A stretch of 64,000 nt of DNA, from positions 1,086,361 to 1,150,360 of the forward strand of contig JBFWOS010000001.1 of NCBI GenBank assembly GCA_050250375.1. Direction: 5' to 3'. Shown one piece after another: positions 10,287-20,152 of the stretch. Position numbers and translations under genes: made by a program. Each line of letters begins with the position of its first letter. Within the stretch, counting starts at the first letter, position 1. Source of the stretch: Candidatus Omnitrophota bacterium (GTDB taxonomy: Bacteria; Omnitrophota; Gorgyraeia; Zapsychrales; Zapsychraceae). The notes below the pieces were generated by a model. The model searched no databases, had not been told where the DNA came from, and saw only the letters and a list, made by a program, of their open reading frames with translations.

Positions 10287-10290
10287 GATC

Positions 10291-10656
10291 TTACTTAAAC
10301 CATAATATGACCGGAAAAATTACGCTAATCCAGATCATCAAAAATATTGTTAGATTGAAATTTCTGTATATCATCCCGGAGAATTTCGGAGAAACGGAAA
10401 AAAACCTCCCGGCGATCTTGCACCGGTATAAAGGAATAAACGGCTTCTTATGAATAAGGTTCAGATTCGCCCGGATAACGACCATAAGAAAATTTTTCGT
10501 CCGTCTGGCCGTTGGAACGACAAAACTGAATAAATAAAAAAAGGGCAGCACAACAGCCGACGCAACCAGCATCGGCACAGACAGTGTCAGCAAACCGAAC
10601 AAATTCGGCCCCTTATCTTCCATACTATAACCGCAACAACCTGTTTCACCAATCAT
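10291..10656 (-). CDS. Hypothetical small membrane protein (two predicted TM segments)
   Basis: ORF fills the gap between the cysteine desulfurase and the PP-loop gene. Hydrophobic stretches LFGLLTLSVPMLVASAVVLPFFYLF and LTIFLMIWISVIFPVILWF. No recognisable family. Confidence 0.3.
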   Translation of the reverse strand: MIGETGCCGYSMEDKGPNLFGLLTLSVPMLVASAVVLPFFYLFSFVVPTARRTKNFLMVVIRANLNLIHKKPFIPLYRCKIAGRFFSVSPKFSGMIYRNFNLTIFLMIWISVIFPVILWFK

Positions 10657-10660
10657 AAGA

Positions 10661-11515
10661 TTACCTTTCGATCAGTTTATACAATCTGCTTTCCGGGCCT
10701 TTTTCCACAAACTGATCCAGCTCCCGGGTAAAAGTCGCGATCTTGTCCTTATAAAAGACAAGAGTCGCTTGCTGATATTCATCATAAGTATGATCCGCCA
10801 GGTACAACCATTTTACAAAAATATTAAAAAGAATAAACTGAAAACAGCGCGGCTGCATTTTACGGTCCAACGCGGTGCCTTTGACATTTTCAGACGGCAT
10901 CAGACCGAGTTCATAAAGCTTCCGCCCGGTCGTTTGTGTCTGCGTCGCTGTATTACAAGAAGTCTTGTTGTCCTGCGTAAAAAATCGCTCCAATCTGAGA
11001 CGGTCAGTAAATTCCAGATCCTGCGGGCCATCATATTTAAAGACCGGATTGGTGTAAGTAATCCCAAAACGGGCGTACATGTCCCCGTATTCATTAATGA
11101 TTGTAGCCATCTGGTCGGGAAAAAGGTGCATCCCCTGATTCGCGCCGTCACAGACATTGGGTATTTGGTTCTCGAGGCAAAAGATCGCGGTACGCACATG
11201 CATGGCCAGCTTGCATAATCCGCAAATAGTCAGCAGAAAAAAGCCATGTTTTTTAATATTGCTCAAATATCGTTCGTAAAACACATACCGTGTCAGTTTC
11301 TCTACCTTGATGATATGAAACTCAAATTTATTCTGACCGTATTTATCCTGCAGTTTTTTGACATTAATCATCGGATTGGTGACCGAAGAAAACGCAAACC
11401 GGTCGTAGGTGATCAAATGGATCTTGTCGTATTTTTCGGCCATTAACGCGGCCGTTAATGTCGAATCTGTCCCTCCGGAAAATAATGTCGCTGTTTCATT
11501 TCGTCTCATAAACAA
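10661..11515 (-). CDS. PP-loop ATP pyrophosphatase superfamily protein with CxxC...C cluster (TtcA/TtuA-like thiolation or LarE/QueC-like)
   Basis: N-terminal SGGTDST (SGGxDS PP-loop) within the first 20 aa. CGLC at ~100 and an isolated Cys at ~123. 284 aa. Confidence 0.65.
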   Translation of the reverse strand: MFMRRNETATLFSGGTDSTLTAALMAEKYDKIHLITYDRFAFSSVTNPMINVKKLQDKYGQNKFEFHIIKVEKLTRYVFYERYLSNIKKHGFFLLTICGLCKLAMHVRTAIFCLENQIPNVCDGANQGMHLFPDQMATIINEYGDMYARFGITYTNPVFKYDGPQDLEFTDRLRLERFFTQDNKTSCNTATQTQTTGRKLYELGLMPSENVKGTALDRKMQPRCFQFILFNIFVKWLYLADHTYDEYQQATLVFYKDKIATFTRELDQFVEKGPESRLYKLIER

Positions 11516-11696
11516 CCTGCTCCTGTTTTGCTTTCTCCAGCTCTTTCAGAATGAACTTCAAAATAACGATATACGAAAGGTAAATGAACTGGGTGATCCA
11601 CCCCAGAATTTCAATGTAGACACACCTCATCTTCCAGGGCATGATCAGTCCAAAACCGCATAAGAGTATCGCCAAAATTTTCCTGATCGTCTTCAT
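11496..11696 (-). CDS. Hypothetical small membrane protein
   Basis: 66-aa ORF with one long hydrophobic stretch, wedged between the PP-loop gene and a radical SAM gene. Overlaps the PP-loop start by 20 nt. Confidence 0.3.
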   Translation of the reverse strand: MKTIRKILAILLCGFGLIMPWKMRCVYIEILGWITQFIYLSYIVILKFILKELEKAKQEQVVYETK

Positions 11697-11701
11697 TTAT
11701 T

Positions 11702-13195
11702 TTATCCGCTGGCGGCCATAAAAGATTCTTTCTCCTGTTTACCCGTCTGTCCCTCCGTTACAGACTGCAGGATATACGCTTGTATGATCAATCCCAAAGC
11801 GTTCATTAAATTTTGGGCGTATTTCCACTTATCCGGATACTTTCTAAATCCCCGCCTGATACGGCTCCATTTGAAATAAAAACGCCGCTGTGCCTTTAAA
11901 ATCATCCGGTTTAAATCCTCAGGCGACACTTCCGCTTGTGAACGTTTAACCGAATAATAAGCGATATCTTTAATCTGTTCAAAGATTTTCCGGTTGTCGG
12001 CCGATTCCTTAAAACCGGATTCGTAAATTTTATTAACGTCGTCATAATCAGTCGCTTTAAAAAACGAAGCCACATCTAATTCAGAGTTGACGGCAAAATC
12101 GATGGTCCGGTTAATCTCTTCTTCCGATTCGGATAAATGCCCAAGCATAAAATACCCGCCGGTAATGATCCCTCTCTCTGAAGTCTTGGCAATCATCTCG
12201 TTCACCTGTTGGATATTCAGGTTCTTTCTAAAGGCCTTCTGCAATCGGGAAGATGCGGACTCGATCCCGTAAACTAATTTATAGGTTCCAGCCTGTTTCA
12301 ATAAATCCAGCAGTTCTTCCGTCATAATATCTGCCCTGACGCCATGAGGAAAGGCAAGACTGATGTTTAATCCGGCCTCAATGATCAACCGGCTGATCTT
12401 TTTAGCCCGTTCATTGTCATAGTTAAAAACGGCATCATAAATATGAAATTCTTTCGCCTCGAATCGGGTATGGAGATATTTTATTTCTTCGACCACATGT
12501 TCAGGGGAGCGGGCGAGAAATTTCTTTCCATAAGTTTCACGGCAAAACGTGCACTTAAAAGGACACCCCCGGGATGTAAGGATAGGAATATAAAAATCTT
12601 CCTTAAGCGCGCCGTTCCAATTGGAATACCGGGCATACTCTTTCACGTCGATTAGATCCCAGGCGAACGGGATTATATTGAACGCATCCAAATTTTCCGG
12701 ATATTCACGCGGGGATGTAGTCACAGTCCGATCGTCGTTCTTGTAGACCAATCCCGAAATATTTTGAAAGCCTCCCTTTTGGTTTCCCAAAACACCGATT
12801 AATTCTCCCACGGTCAGTTCAGGCTCCCCAACTACCACAAAATCAATATGCCGATCCTCACAAAGATATTGACTGGAAAATGTGGCCAACTGTCCAAACA
12901 CAACAACTTTAACCCAGGCCTTCCAACTCTTGGATAAAGCCGCCAGCCGATGGACCAGACCAGCCTCCCACGACAACGCGTAAAACACGACCACATCCGG
13001 ATCAAAATTCTCTATTTCCTTCCTGACATCATTCTCGGCCATATCGCCTATGCCGGTGTCCGTCACCTTGAACTCATACTTGTCCGGGAATCTTTCCTGG
13101 ATATGAGAAACGACATACAGAATCTCCAGAGGAGGGATCGGACCGCCCGTACCGACCGTAATATGCGTTCTAATTAAATGGATCTTCTTAATCAA
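11702..13195 (-). CDS. B12-binding domain radical SAM protein
   Basis: LTSRGCPFKCTFCRETYG motif. N-terminal Rossmann-like B12-binding region. Confidence 0.8.
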   Translation of the reverse strand: MIKKIHLIRTHITVGTGGPIPPLEILYVVSHIQERFPDKYEFKVTDTGIGDMAENDVRKEIENFDPDVVVFYALSWEAGLVHRLAALSKSWKAWVKVVVFGQLATFSSQYLCEDRHIDFVVVGEPELTVGELIGVLGNQKGGFQNISGLVYKNDDRTVTTSPREYPENLDAFNIIPFAWDLIDVKEYARYSNWNGALKEDFYIPILTSRGCPFKCTFCRETYGKKFLARSPEHVVEEIKYLHTRFEAKEFHIYDAVFNYDNERAKKISRLIIEAGLNISLAFPHGVRADIMTEELLDLLKQAGTYKLVYGIESASSRLQKAFRKNLNIQQVNEMIAKTSERGIITGGYFMLGHLSESEEEINRTIDFAVNSELDVASFFKATDYDDVNKIYESGFKESADNRKIFEQIKDIAYYSVKRSQAEVSPEDLNRMILKAQRRFYFKWSRIRRGFRKYPDKWKYAQNLMNALGLIIQAYILQSVTEGQTGKQEKESFMAASG

Positions 13196-13207
13196 CAGCT
13201 TGTCCTT

Positions 13208-14671
13208 TCACATCTGAAAAACATTTTCTTTTTTCAATACAGCATAAATAGTCTCGGACATAATCTTATGCCCTTCATTCGTGCAGTGGTCGTCATCGAA
13301 AAAATATTTGCTCTTTGGTTCCAGCCCTTTAAAAGCCGCCTGGTGATCAATCACCGGCAGATGATACTCATCGGCAATCTTCCGGAGAACCTTATTGGCC
13401 ATCATATAGTCTGTCGGGTATAACTGGACAAACAACCGGATATTTTTTTTCTGACATGTCACCGCAACGCTCTTTAAATCATCATAAATCCATTGTTCAA
13501 TTCCAGAGTCCCATTTTTGTTTGTCTTTATAAATATTCAGGTTATTTGTAAAATTTTTACTCAGGGACAGTAACGGATTTTCCTCCTTCATAGTCATCAA
13601 TTTCTGATAGATATCTCGAGAGTCGTAATAACTTTGCAATTCATATAACTTATTCAACTCTGAAAAAAAATAGTCGGCATCAGGATCAACCGCAATCGCC
13701 CGAAGATAATGATCAATCGCCTTGTTATAGTGCAATTTTTTCTTGTGCCAATTCGCCAACTCAAAATTATAATAGGCCAGACCATCATACACCTGTTCCG
13801 ACTGTTGATTCATTTGATACGTTTTTTGTAACAAATCCTCAGCTTTATCAATATTATCCGTCTTATAATAAAAATGAACCAGAGCCAACGCCCCTTCAAT
13901 CGGACTGACCTGTTTGTTTTTCAAAGTTTCCTCTAATAACTCAATTCCCTTTTGCGATTCTCCTGTGTTAAACAAATGCCAGGCTTGTTCAAGATAATTA
14001 TATTCTTGAGGGGTCTTGATCCCTTCCCAATGCTCAAGATGCCCCATGTAATTATCATGCCTGGTAAAAATACTCCGCGTTGGTTTGAGATTCCTGAGCA
14101 TTAATTTCTTTTTCTGAAATTCTATGCCGTCACTTTGATCAACAGCCCAACTGATCCTGATAAACCGGGCCATTTTGACAACACGCAGTTCAAAAAACCA
14201 ATTCTTTAAGGATGACCATTTACTTTTTTTTGCGTATGCCTCATACGCCCAAGGATTAAAACGATTGGTAGCCCCCGCCAGAAGTAAGACGACTTTAGGA
14301 TGATATTTCGAAATCATGGCCGGAATCCGCTGAACCAGTTCATGAGTGTTCAGTTCGCAAATGCCCTGATTGTGTATCTTTACATGGTTGATCTGATTTC
14401 GTTGAAACAATTCTCTTAAATGCGAGGTATAGGTTTCGTGGGCTTCAACCATTCCTCCATGCGTGAATGAATCCCCAACGGCGATAATATCGGTAACATG
14501 CCCCACGCTCTCCGCGGCTGACTCCGTTTCATCCGTACGGTATTCTTCATCGTATTCATAATAGATTTTACCCACCACCCGAAGTCCAACTTCAAGGATA
14601 GTAAGGAAAAAAATAAAGCTGAACACACTCAATAGGATTTTTACGAATAATGGCGTTTTAATTTTCGACAT
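13208..14671 (-). CDS. TM-anchored SGNH/GDSL hydrolase with inserted TPR domain (paralog 2)
   Basis: N-terminal TM. IIAVGDSFTHGG (GDS block I), LLAGATNRF (block III), TPR-like middle region, DDDHCTNEGH (DxxH block V). Confidence 0.65.
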   Translation of the reverse strand: MSKIKTPLFVKILLSVFSFIFFLTILEVGLRVVGKIYYEYDEEYRTDETESAAESVGHVTDIIAVGDSFTHGGMVEAHETYTSHLRELFQRNQINHVKIHNQGICELNTHELVQRIPAMISKYHPKVVLLLAGATNRFNPWAYEAYAKKSKWSSLKNWFFELRVVKMARFIRISWAVDQSDGIEFQKKKLMLRNLKPTRSIFTRHDNYMGHLEHWEGIKTPQEYNYLEQAWHLFNTGESQKGIELLEETLKNKQVSPIEGALALVHFYYKTDNIDKAEDLLQKTYQMNQQSEQVYDGLAYYNFELANWHKKKLHYNKAIDHYLRAIAVDPDADYFFSELNKLYELQSYYDSRDIYQKLMTMKEENPLLSLSKNFTNNLNIYKDKQKWDSGIEQWIYDDLKSVAVTCQKKNIRLFVQLYPTDYMMANKVLRKIADEYHLPVIDHQAAFKGLEPKSKYFFDDDHCTNEGHKIMSETIYAVLKKENVFQM

Positions 14672-14695
14672 AAAAGCCTTTCCTTAGATTTTATT

Positions 14696-14908
14696 TTAAA
14701 ACAAGGCGTAAATGGCCGGTAAAATAGACGAATTCCCAGCCAAATTTACAAAAATACTCAAAAAGGCCAATACAAACAACAAAGGCAAAAGCCACCATTT
14801 TTTATGTTCCTTGATCATTAAAAAAAGCTCAATCAATAAATCTTTGTTTGAACTGATTTTTGATTTTTTTCGTTTTGGTTTTAGGTCGTTTTTCTTTTCT
14901 TCGTTCAT
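14696..14908 (-). CDS. DUF5989-like small membrane protein
   Basis: 70 aa. ...KEHKKWWLLPLLFVLAFLSIFVNLAGNSSILPAIYALF resembles the small KKxWLxP...APFIYTLF family often found next to polysaccharide-modifying genes. Family assignment is from memory. Confidence 0.4.
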   Translation of the reverse strand: MNEEKKNDLKPKRKKSKISSNKDLLIELFLMIKEHKKWWLLPLLFVLAFLSIFVNLAGNSSILPAIYALF

Positions 14909-14936
14909 AATTTCCTGGTAAAGCCTAGTGTATTAT

Positions 14937-16220
14937 TCAACTTATTTTATTGAAGAATTTATTTTCAATCAAAACCTTATATATTGATTGGCTGATAATG
15001 GCATGCCCCAATTTATTCGGATGGATGGTGTCATGCTCAGGATCAAGAAACAAGTACTCATTACTTTTTTGAAAATAAGCGGAAAACTCATCAACAATAT
15101 CCACCAAAACTAACTGTTCTTCTCCGGCAATTTCCTGCATTATAATATTGTATTGTTTAGCCAGGGCTTTGCATTCATAAAGCTCCATGAGAACCGTCTT
15201 TTTAAAATAATTTTCGGCATCCGTTTTTTTGTTTAATTTCAAACTCAACTGTCCCAGATAATAATAAGCCCGGGCAGAATTCGGGTTTAATTCCAAAGCC
15301 GTTTTAAGACCCGCCAAAGCCCCCTCATAATCCTGTAGATTCGTTCTGCGGACAACTTGGTTGATTTTTTCATCAGCTTGCTTTTGGATTTCAGGCGAAA
15401 CATCTTCCGCTGACGGTAAATTCACCGGCATTTTTAACAGGACAACAGTGATGCCATTTTCTTTGGCCGTCTTGATTAAAGACTTCAGATTGTTCCGGTA
15501 ATCCAGGGCCGAAACTCTGCGTTGATTAACATATTCCCCGCTTCCGCGCTGACCAAAATACTGCAGTGACAATGCTTGCGATTGAAGGATAAATTTCTTA
15601 TAAGCAGTAAAAAATTTACTTCGATCTAAAAAATTTTCAATCGCGACCAATACGTCATTTTTAAGGCCTAACTCTTTATCACTCTTCCCATGGTTACGGT
15701 AAAAGCGGTATTTATCGACATCATTAATCACATATGCCACCGTAATTATATCCGGCGCAAGCGGCAGGATTTTTTCTTTAAAAAACCGTAGCCCCTGAAA
15801 TGAGCTGTAACCAATCTGTCCGGCATTAATGACCTCAATATTTGTACGGGTAAAAGTCTTACGCAGTGATTCTTCAAGCTGTTTGGCATAAACTTCATTT
15901 TGATCTACGCCCCAGCCGAACGTCGGTGATGCCCCCAGACAAACAATACGCACCTGTCCGTTCTTTTTTCCGAACGGACGATCACGCAGACCGAGTGCAT
16001 TTGTTCTTACCCGGGCTCCTTCAAAGACTATGTCCAGATGCGGTTTTTGTATCCAGAATAATCCGGTATCCTGCTGCAAAACGCTCCGGATCCTATCAAG
16101 ACGAGTTGGAGTCCCGGCCAGCCAATAGCCCGCCCCTTCGCCTAAGCATAAAAGGACCAGGAAAAAAATCAGCCCAATGAATGGGCCTCGACATTTATAC
16201 CATATTGAATTGTGTGTCAT
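14937..16220 (-). CDS. TM-anchored SGNH/GDSL hydrolase with inserted TPR domain (paralog 3)
   Basis: RIVCLGASPTFGWG (block I, Ser present), VAYVINDV (block III), TPR-like region (ARAYYYLGQLSLKLNK...), DPEHDTIHPNKLGH (block V). Confidence 0.6.
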   Translation of the reverse strand: MTHNSIWYKCRGPFIGLIFFLVLLCLGEGAGYWLAGTPTRLDRIRSVLQQDTGLFWIQKPHLDIVFEGARVRTNALGLRDRPFGKKNGQVRIVCLGASPTFGWGVDQNEVYAKQLEESLRKTFTRTNIEVINAGQIGYSSFQGLRFFKEKILPLAPDIITVAYVINDVDKYRFYRNHGKSDKELGLKNDVLVAIENFLDRSKFFTAYKKFILQSQALSLQYFGQRGSGEYVNQRRVSALDYRNNLKSLIKTAKENGITVVLLKMPVNLPSAEDVSPEIQKQADEKINQVVRRTNLQDYEGALAGLKTALELNPNSARAYYYLGQLSLKLNKKTDAENYFKKTVLMELYECKALAKQYNIIMQEIAGEEQLVLVDIVDEFSAYFQKSNEYLFLDPEHDTIHPNKLGHAIISQSIYKVLIENKFFNKIS

Positions 16221-16223
16221 AAG

Positions 16224-17627
16224 CTATTTAATATACAGCATGCCTTTCGATAACCGATAAAACACATCCAGATTATTAATATAAAATGAAAAATATTTGT
16301 ACATGTGGCTGATAAAAAATTTGGGATTCAAAAATATCTTTTTATAAAAAGCGGCCCGGATTTCGGATAATTTCTTGGAATCCAGAGCGCTGAAATTCTT
16401 CCGGGGGATATCATAATGAAACATTTCCATAATTTCAGTATCATCCACCTGAAGTTTAAGCTGTTCATAACTCGTTGAACCCGGGTATGGACTGAAAAAA
16501 TGGATCTGCATAATATCAGGTTTCAATTCTTTGACAAGGGTAAAGGTTTCCTGAATTTCTTGTTCTGTTTCCGTCGGACTTCCAATGATCAGCAGCGCAT
16601 GGCTGGCGATCCCCAATTCTTTTGTGTAGTCAAAAACCTTTTTGGCCTGGCTGTTCCAGTCAATCTTTTTAAATGATTTAGTCAGCGATTGTACAATCCG
16701 GCTGGAACCTGATTCAACGCCGAACCGCAACAATATGCACCCGGCTTCTTTCATCGTCTTTAAAAGTTCATAATCCACGTTGTCAATGCGTGAGTGCGCC
16801 AACCATTTAATATCCACCGAACGGCGTTTGAGTTCAGCACATAAATTCTGGACATGCTGTCTGGATATCGTCAACAGATCGTCATCAAAACTGATCATAT
16901 TAATTCCTTGAGCCTGAAGCTGTTCAATTTCGTCCACGATGTTTTTAGCCGACCGCAACCGGGCTTTCGCTCCGTAACTTTCACGGGTCACCGGAGAACA
17001 AAAGGTGCATTTATACGGACACCCCCGGGAAGAAAGGATGTGCCCCCAATGAAGTTTCTTGGAAAGCTTGACCGGGTAAATAAACCGGTAATCCTTAATT
17101 TCCTCCTCGGTGTATTCTGGGAACGGAAGACTATCGAGGTCCGTCACTAAAAAATTCGGCTGTTTGCCTTCTTTAAACTTTTTATAACGCTCTTTTTCCT
17201 CCGAATAAGTACTTTCCCCATGTTTAATCCGTTGAATCAAATTAAACACTTCAAATTCCGCTTCGCCGGACAGATAAATATCCAAATCCGACGGAATAAA
17301 CTTTGTTTCAATAGAACCGACCGCAATCGACAATACGTTAATTTTGTTTTTTAGTTCCGAATTAAACCATCGGAATTCCTTTAAAGTAGAAACATTTACT
17401 GAATAGACAACAATATCCGGCTTCCAATGACCTGCTCTAACCAACAACTCGGCATTCTCAATACGGCCGGTCATGGCATCAAACAATCTGACTTCTGCAA
17501 AATTTGATTTTACAATTAACGCCTGAATATACTTTAATGTATATGGAGGGGAACAGTGATTGGGATGTTTAATCCGCTTGCTGTTCGGAAGATTTAGTCG
17601 GACTAAGGCAACTTTGATATCAGACAC
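16224..17627 (-). CDS. B12-binding domain radical SAM protein
   Basis: LSSRGCPYKCTFCSPVTRESYG. Closely related to the 11702 and 28067 paralogs. Confidence 0.8.
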   Translation of the reverse strand: MSDIKVALVRLNLPNSKRIKHPNHCSPPYTLKYIQALIVKSNFAEVRLFDAMTGRIENAELLVRAGHWKPDIVVYSVNVSTLKEFRWFNSELKNKINVLSIAVGSIETKFIPSDLDIYLSGEAEFEVFNLIQRIKHGESTYSEEKERYKKFKEGKQPNFLVTDLDSLPFPEYTEEEIKDYRFIYPVKLSKKLHWGHILSSRGCPYKCTFCSPVTRESYGAKARLRSAKNIVDEIEQLQAQGINMISFDDDLLTISRQHVQNLCAELKRRSVDIKWLAHSRIDNVDYELLKTMKEAGCILLRFGVESGSSRIVQSLTKSFKKIDWNSQAKKVFDYTKELGIASHALLIIGSPTETEQEIQETFTLVKELKPDIMQIHFFSPYPGSTSYEQLKLQVDDTEIMEMFHYDIPRKNFSALDSKKLSEIRAAFYKKIFLNPKFFISHMYKYFSFYINNLDVFYRLSKGMLYIK

Positions 17628-17642
17628 GGCTCGTTCCTCGCT

Positions 17643-19070
17643 TTATTGTCCATGGACAAAAACTAATCTCATCGACTTTTTAAACACAACCTTAAACTGG
17701 CTGAACGATTTAATTTCTTTCAGAATATTAATAAAAATTCTAGGCCGTGTATAAAATTTCCAGAACGCCTTCCTCTGAAGTTTAACCAAAGTTTCCCGCG
17801 GGATATTTTTTGGAGCGTATACGACACTGTTTATATAAAGCGAATCATACCAATTCTTGATTACTTTACCTTCCTGCTTGAGTTTATCGTACTCTATTAT
17901 CCCCGGGAAAGGCGAAAAATTGAAAAAATTAGCCCGGTCAATATTGAGACTGGCGGCAAAATTAATTGTTGCTTCAACATCTTCAATCGTTTCTTCCGGG
18001 TGACCCAGCATAAAAAATCCAGTCACACGAATTTTTGTTGTACTCTTGATAAGGTCAACCTTCTCTCGAATGGTCTCCAGAGAAACACATTTCTTGGTTA
18101 TCTTTAGCATTTTGGCCGTCCCCCACTCAATGCCGACACCGAAAGAATAACAACCCGCTTTTTCCATAAGCCTCAACAAATCCGCGTCCAACGTATCCAA
18201 CCGGATGCCGTTGGGACACGACCAATGGATTTTCAAATTATGATCAAGTAATCCGTGACAGAAATCTTCAACTAGTTTATGTTGCAACGTAAAATTGTCA
18301 TCTAATATATTGATTTCTTCGACGCCATATTTGTTCACAAGCAGTTGAATCTCATCCAGGATATTTTCGATGGAGCGTGTTCGCATTTTTTTGCCCGACA
18401 TACGTCCGGCGGCACAAAATGTGCATGGATATGGACATCCTCTGGTTGCGATAATCGGCGCGACTTTTTTCCTTTTTGAAAACACTCCGATCGGGGCCAA
18501 CGGATAATTATTCGGGCTCATGATATCCCACGGCGGATACGGCAGACTGTCCAAATCATCAATCATAACCCGTGGATTACAGATAATCTTGCCGTCTTTT
18601 TCCCGCCAGACAAGATTATCGACATCTTTTAGCCTGGCCGAATTAAGAGGGTCACTTTCCGTTTGAATGATATCCATCAATTGACAAATACCATGTTCTG
18701 CTTCGCCTCTGAACGAAAAATCAACAGAGGTTAATATCTCCAAAGTCTCTACCGGCTCAAGGATCGCATGCGGACCTCCAACAGCTGTAAATATATTTTT
18801 ATTAACTTCTTTGATTGCTTCCGTATACTTCTTGACGGCCCCGACGTAGGTCGTGAATAAATTAAATCCGATAAAATCATAACTTTTATCTATGATGTAC
18901 TCTTGAAAATGCGCAACATCAATCCTGTCCCTGACACAATCCAGTATTTCCACTTCATGCCCGGCTTTTATCAACGAAGCCGCCAAATAACCCAGACTGA
19001 TATTCGGGATAACGATGACATTAAATTTCTTTAGCGACCACGGATTGACTAACAATATTTTCATTATCAC
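17643..19070 (-). CDS. B12-binding domain radical SAM protein
   Basis: IATRGCPYPCTFCAAGRMSG. 4-nt overlap (ATGA) with the upstream SPASM gene, consistent with translational coupling. Confidence 0.8.
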   Translation of the reverse strand: MIMKILLVNPWSLKKFNVIVIPNISLGYLAASLIKAGHEVEILDCVRDRIDVAHFQEYIIDKSYDFIGFNLFTTYVGAVKKYTEAIKEVNKNIFTAVGGPHAILEPVETLEILTSVDFSFRGEAEHGICQLMDIIQTESDPLNSARLKDVDNLVWREKDGKIICNPRVMIDDLDSLPYPPWDIMSPNNYPLAPIGVFSKRKKVAPIIATRGCPYPCTFCAAGRMSGKKMRTRSIENILDEIQLLVNKYGVEEINILDDNFTLQHKLVEDFCHGLLDHNLKIHWSCPNGIRLDTLDADLLRLMEKAGCYSFGVGIEWGTAKMLKITKKCVSLETIREKVDLIKSTTKIRVTGFFMLGHPEETIEDVEATINFAASLNIDRANFFNFSPFPGIIEYDKLKQEGKVIKNWYDSLYINSVVYAPKNIPRETLVKLQRKAFWKFYTRPRIFINILKEIKSFSQFKVVFKKSMRLVFVHGQ

Positions 19071-20152
19071 ACCCCAATTCTGTTTTTATAGGTCGGATGA
19101 TCGTGGATGAAAACCGGCAAATTTTCTACTCTGTCCAATGGATTGATATATTGATCAATGAAATTCTTATCCAAAGCGGCGATGCATGTTTTCTTTCGCT
19201 CACTAACCAATTTATGTGCCTGCAGTCTATCCCATATCTGTTCTAAACTTTCGTTACGGATATTGCCGTAAGAAATCTGAATGAACGCGCAGGGAATAAC
19301 ATGACCGAATGCCGTTATATAAATAATCTCTTTGCCGCACGGGCAACCATCTCCCAGAAAATTAACTTGTCCGGCCCAGCGGGCATGGGATGTCCTGACG
19401 ATTTTATGGAACGCTTCTTTGTTCTTTTCTGTCAGCAAAATATTCTCTTTCCCCCGCCATTCCCCGGATTTTGAGGCAGGATTAACTGTAATCGGCACAT
19501 TCAATTGTTCGGCAAACTTGATCACTTTCATTAAACCGTCATTTTCTAAATTCTGATTGGTGGCTACGGTACTAAGCATGAGTTCAATGCCGGATTCCCT
19601 AATCCATGGAATAGCCTGCATGATTTTCTCATAACATCCCTTAATTCCACGACTCTCATCGTGTTCTTTATGATCAGCGCTGTCCAGGCTGATCTGAACA
19701 ACATCCAGACCGGCTTCTTTTAATTCAAGAACTTTCTTTTTCGTTAACAGAACCCCATTGGTCGTGACGGCAACCAGCGATCTCGATTTTTTCGCAAAGC
19801 GAATAGCATCACATAAATGATGACACATCAGAGGCTCTCCGCCGATAAACTCAAAAGTAAATGCTCCCAATTTGATGGATTGAGTGATAATACTTTTGAC
19901 TTCCTCTAAACTTAATTGCGGGCTCTGGTCATTCTCAAGTGTCGTGGCAAAACAAAATTTACACTTGGCGTTACAACCCGCGATGATCGCAATATCAACT
20001 TTGCGCAAGACTTTCTTTTTTAGCACAAGTAAATCAAAATAATCCTTGGCTATCCGCGGCAAGACTACATAGCTTTTTGTGAGGATCCTACTGTGCTTTA
20101 GAATGTTTTTGAACTTGCTCACCGTTAATAACCTCTTTCGGAATTTGTTCAA
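19067..20152 (-). CDS. Radical SAM/SPASM (or twitch) domain protein, paralog A
   Basis: DIAIIAGCNAKCKFCFA (CxxxCxxC) after a ~45-aa N-terminal extension. C-terminal Cys-rich auxiliary-cluster region (GDGCPCGKE...CAF). 361 aa. Confidence 0.7.
   Translation of the reverse strand: MNKFRKRLLTVSKFKNILKHSRILTKSYVVLPRIAKDYFDLLVLKKKVLRKVDIAIIAGCNAKCKFCFATTLENDQSPQLSLEEVKSIITQSIKLGAFTFEFIGGEPLMCHHLCDAIRFAKKSRSLVAVTTNGVLLTKKKVLELKEAGLDVVQISLDSADHKEHDESRGIKGCYEKIMQAIPWIRESGIELMLSTVATNQNLENDGLMKVIKFAEQLNVPITVNPASKSGEWRGKENILLTEKNKEAFHKIVRTSHARWAGQVNFLGDGCPCGKEIIYITAFGHVIPCAFIQISYGNIRNESLEQIWDRLQAHKLVSERKKTCIAALDKNFIDQYINPLDRVENLPVFIHDHPTYKNRIGV

Noticed and set aside
9416-11199. Internal or antisense ORFs (9416-9724, 9927-10187, 10769-11218, 10900-11199) inside the cysteine desulfurase and PP-loop genes
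   Set aside because: Fully embedded in longer ORFs with strong family motifs. Arbitrary composition and no motifs.
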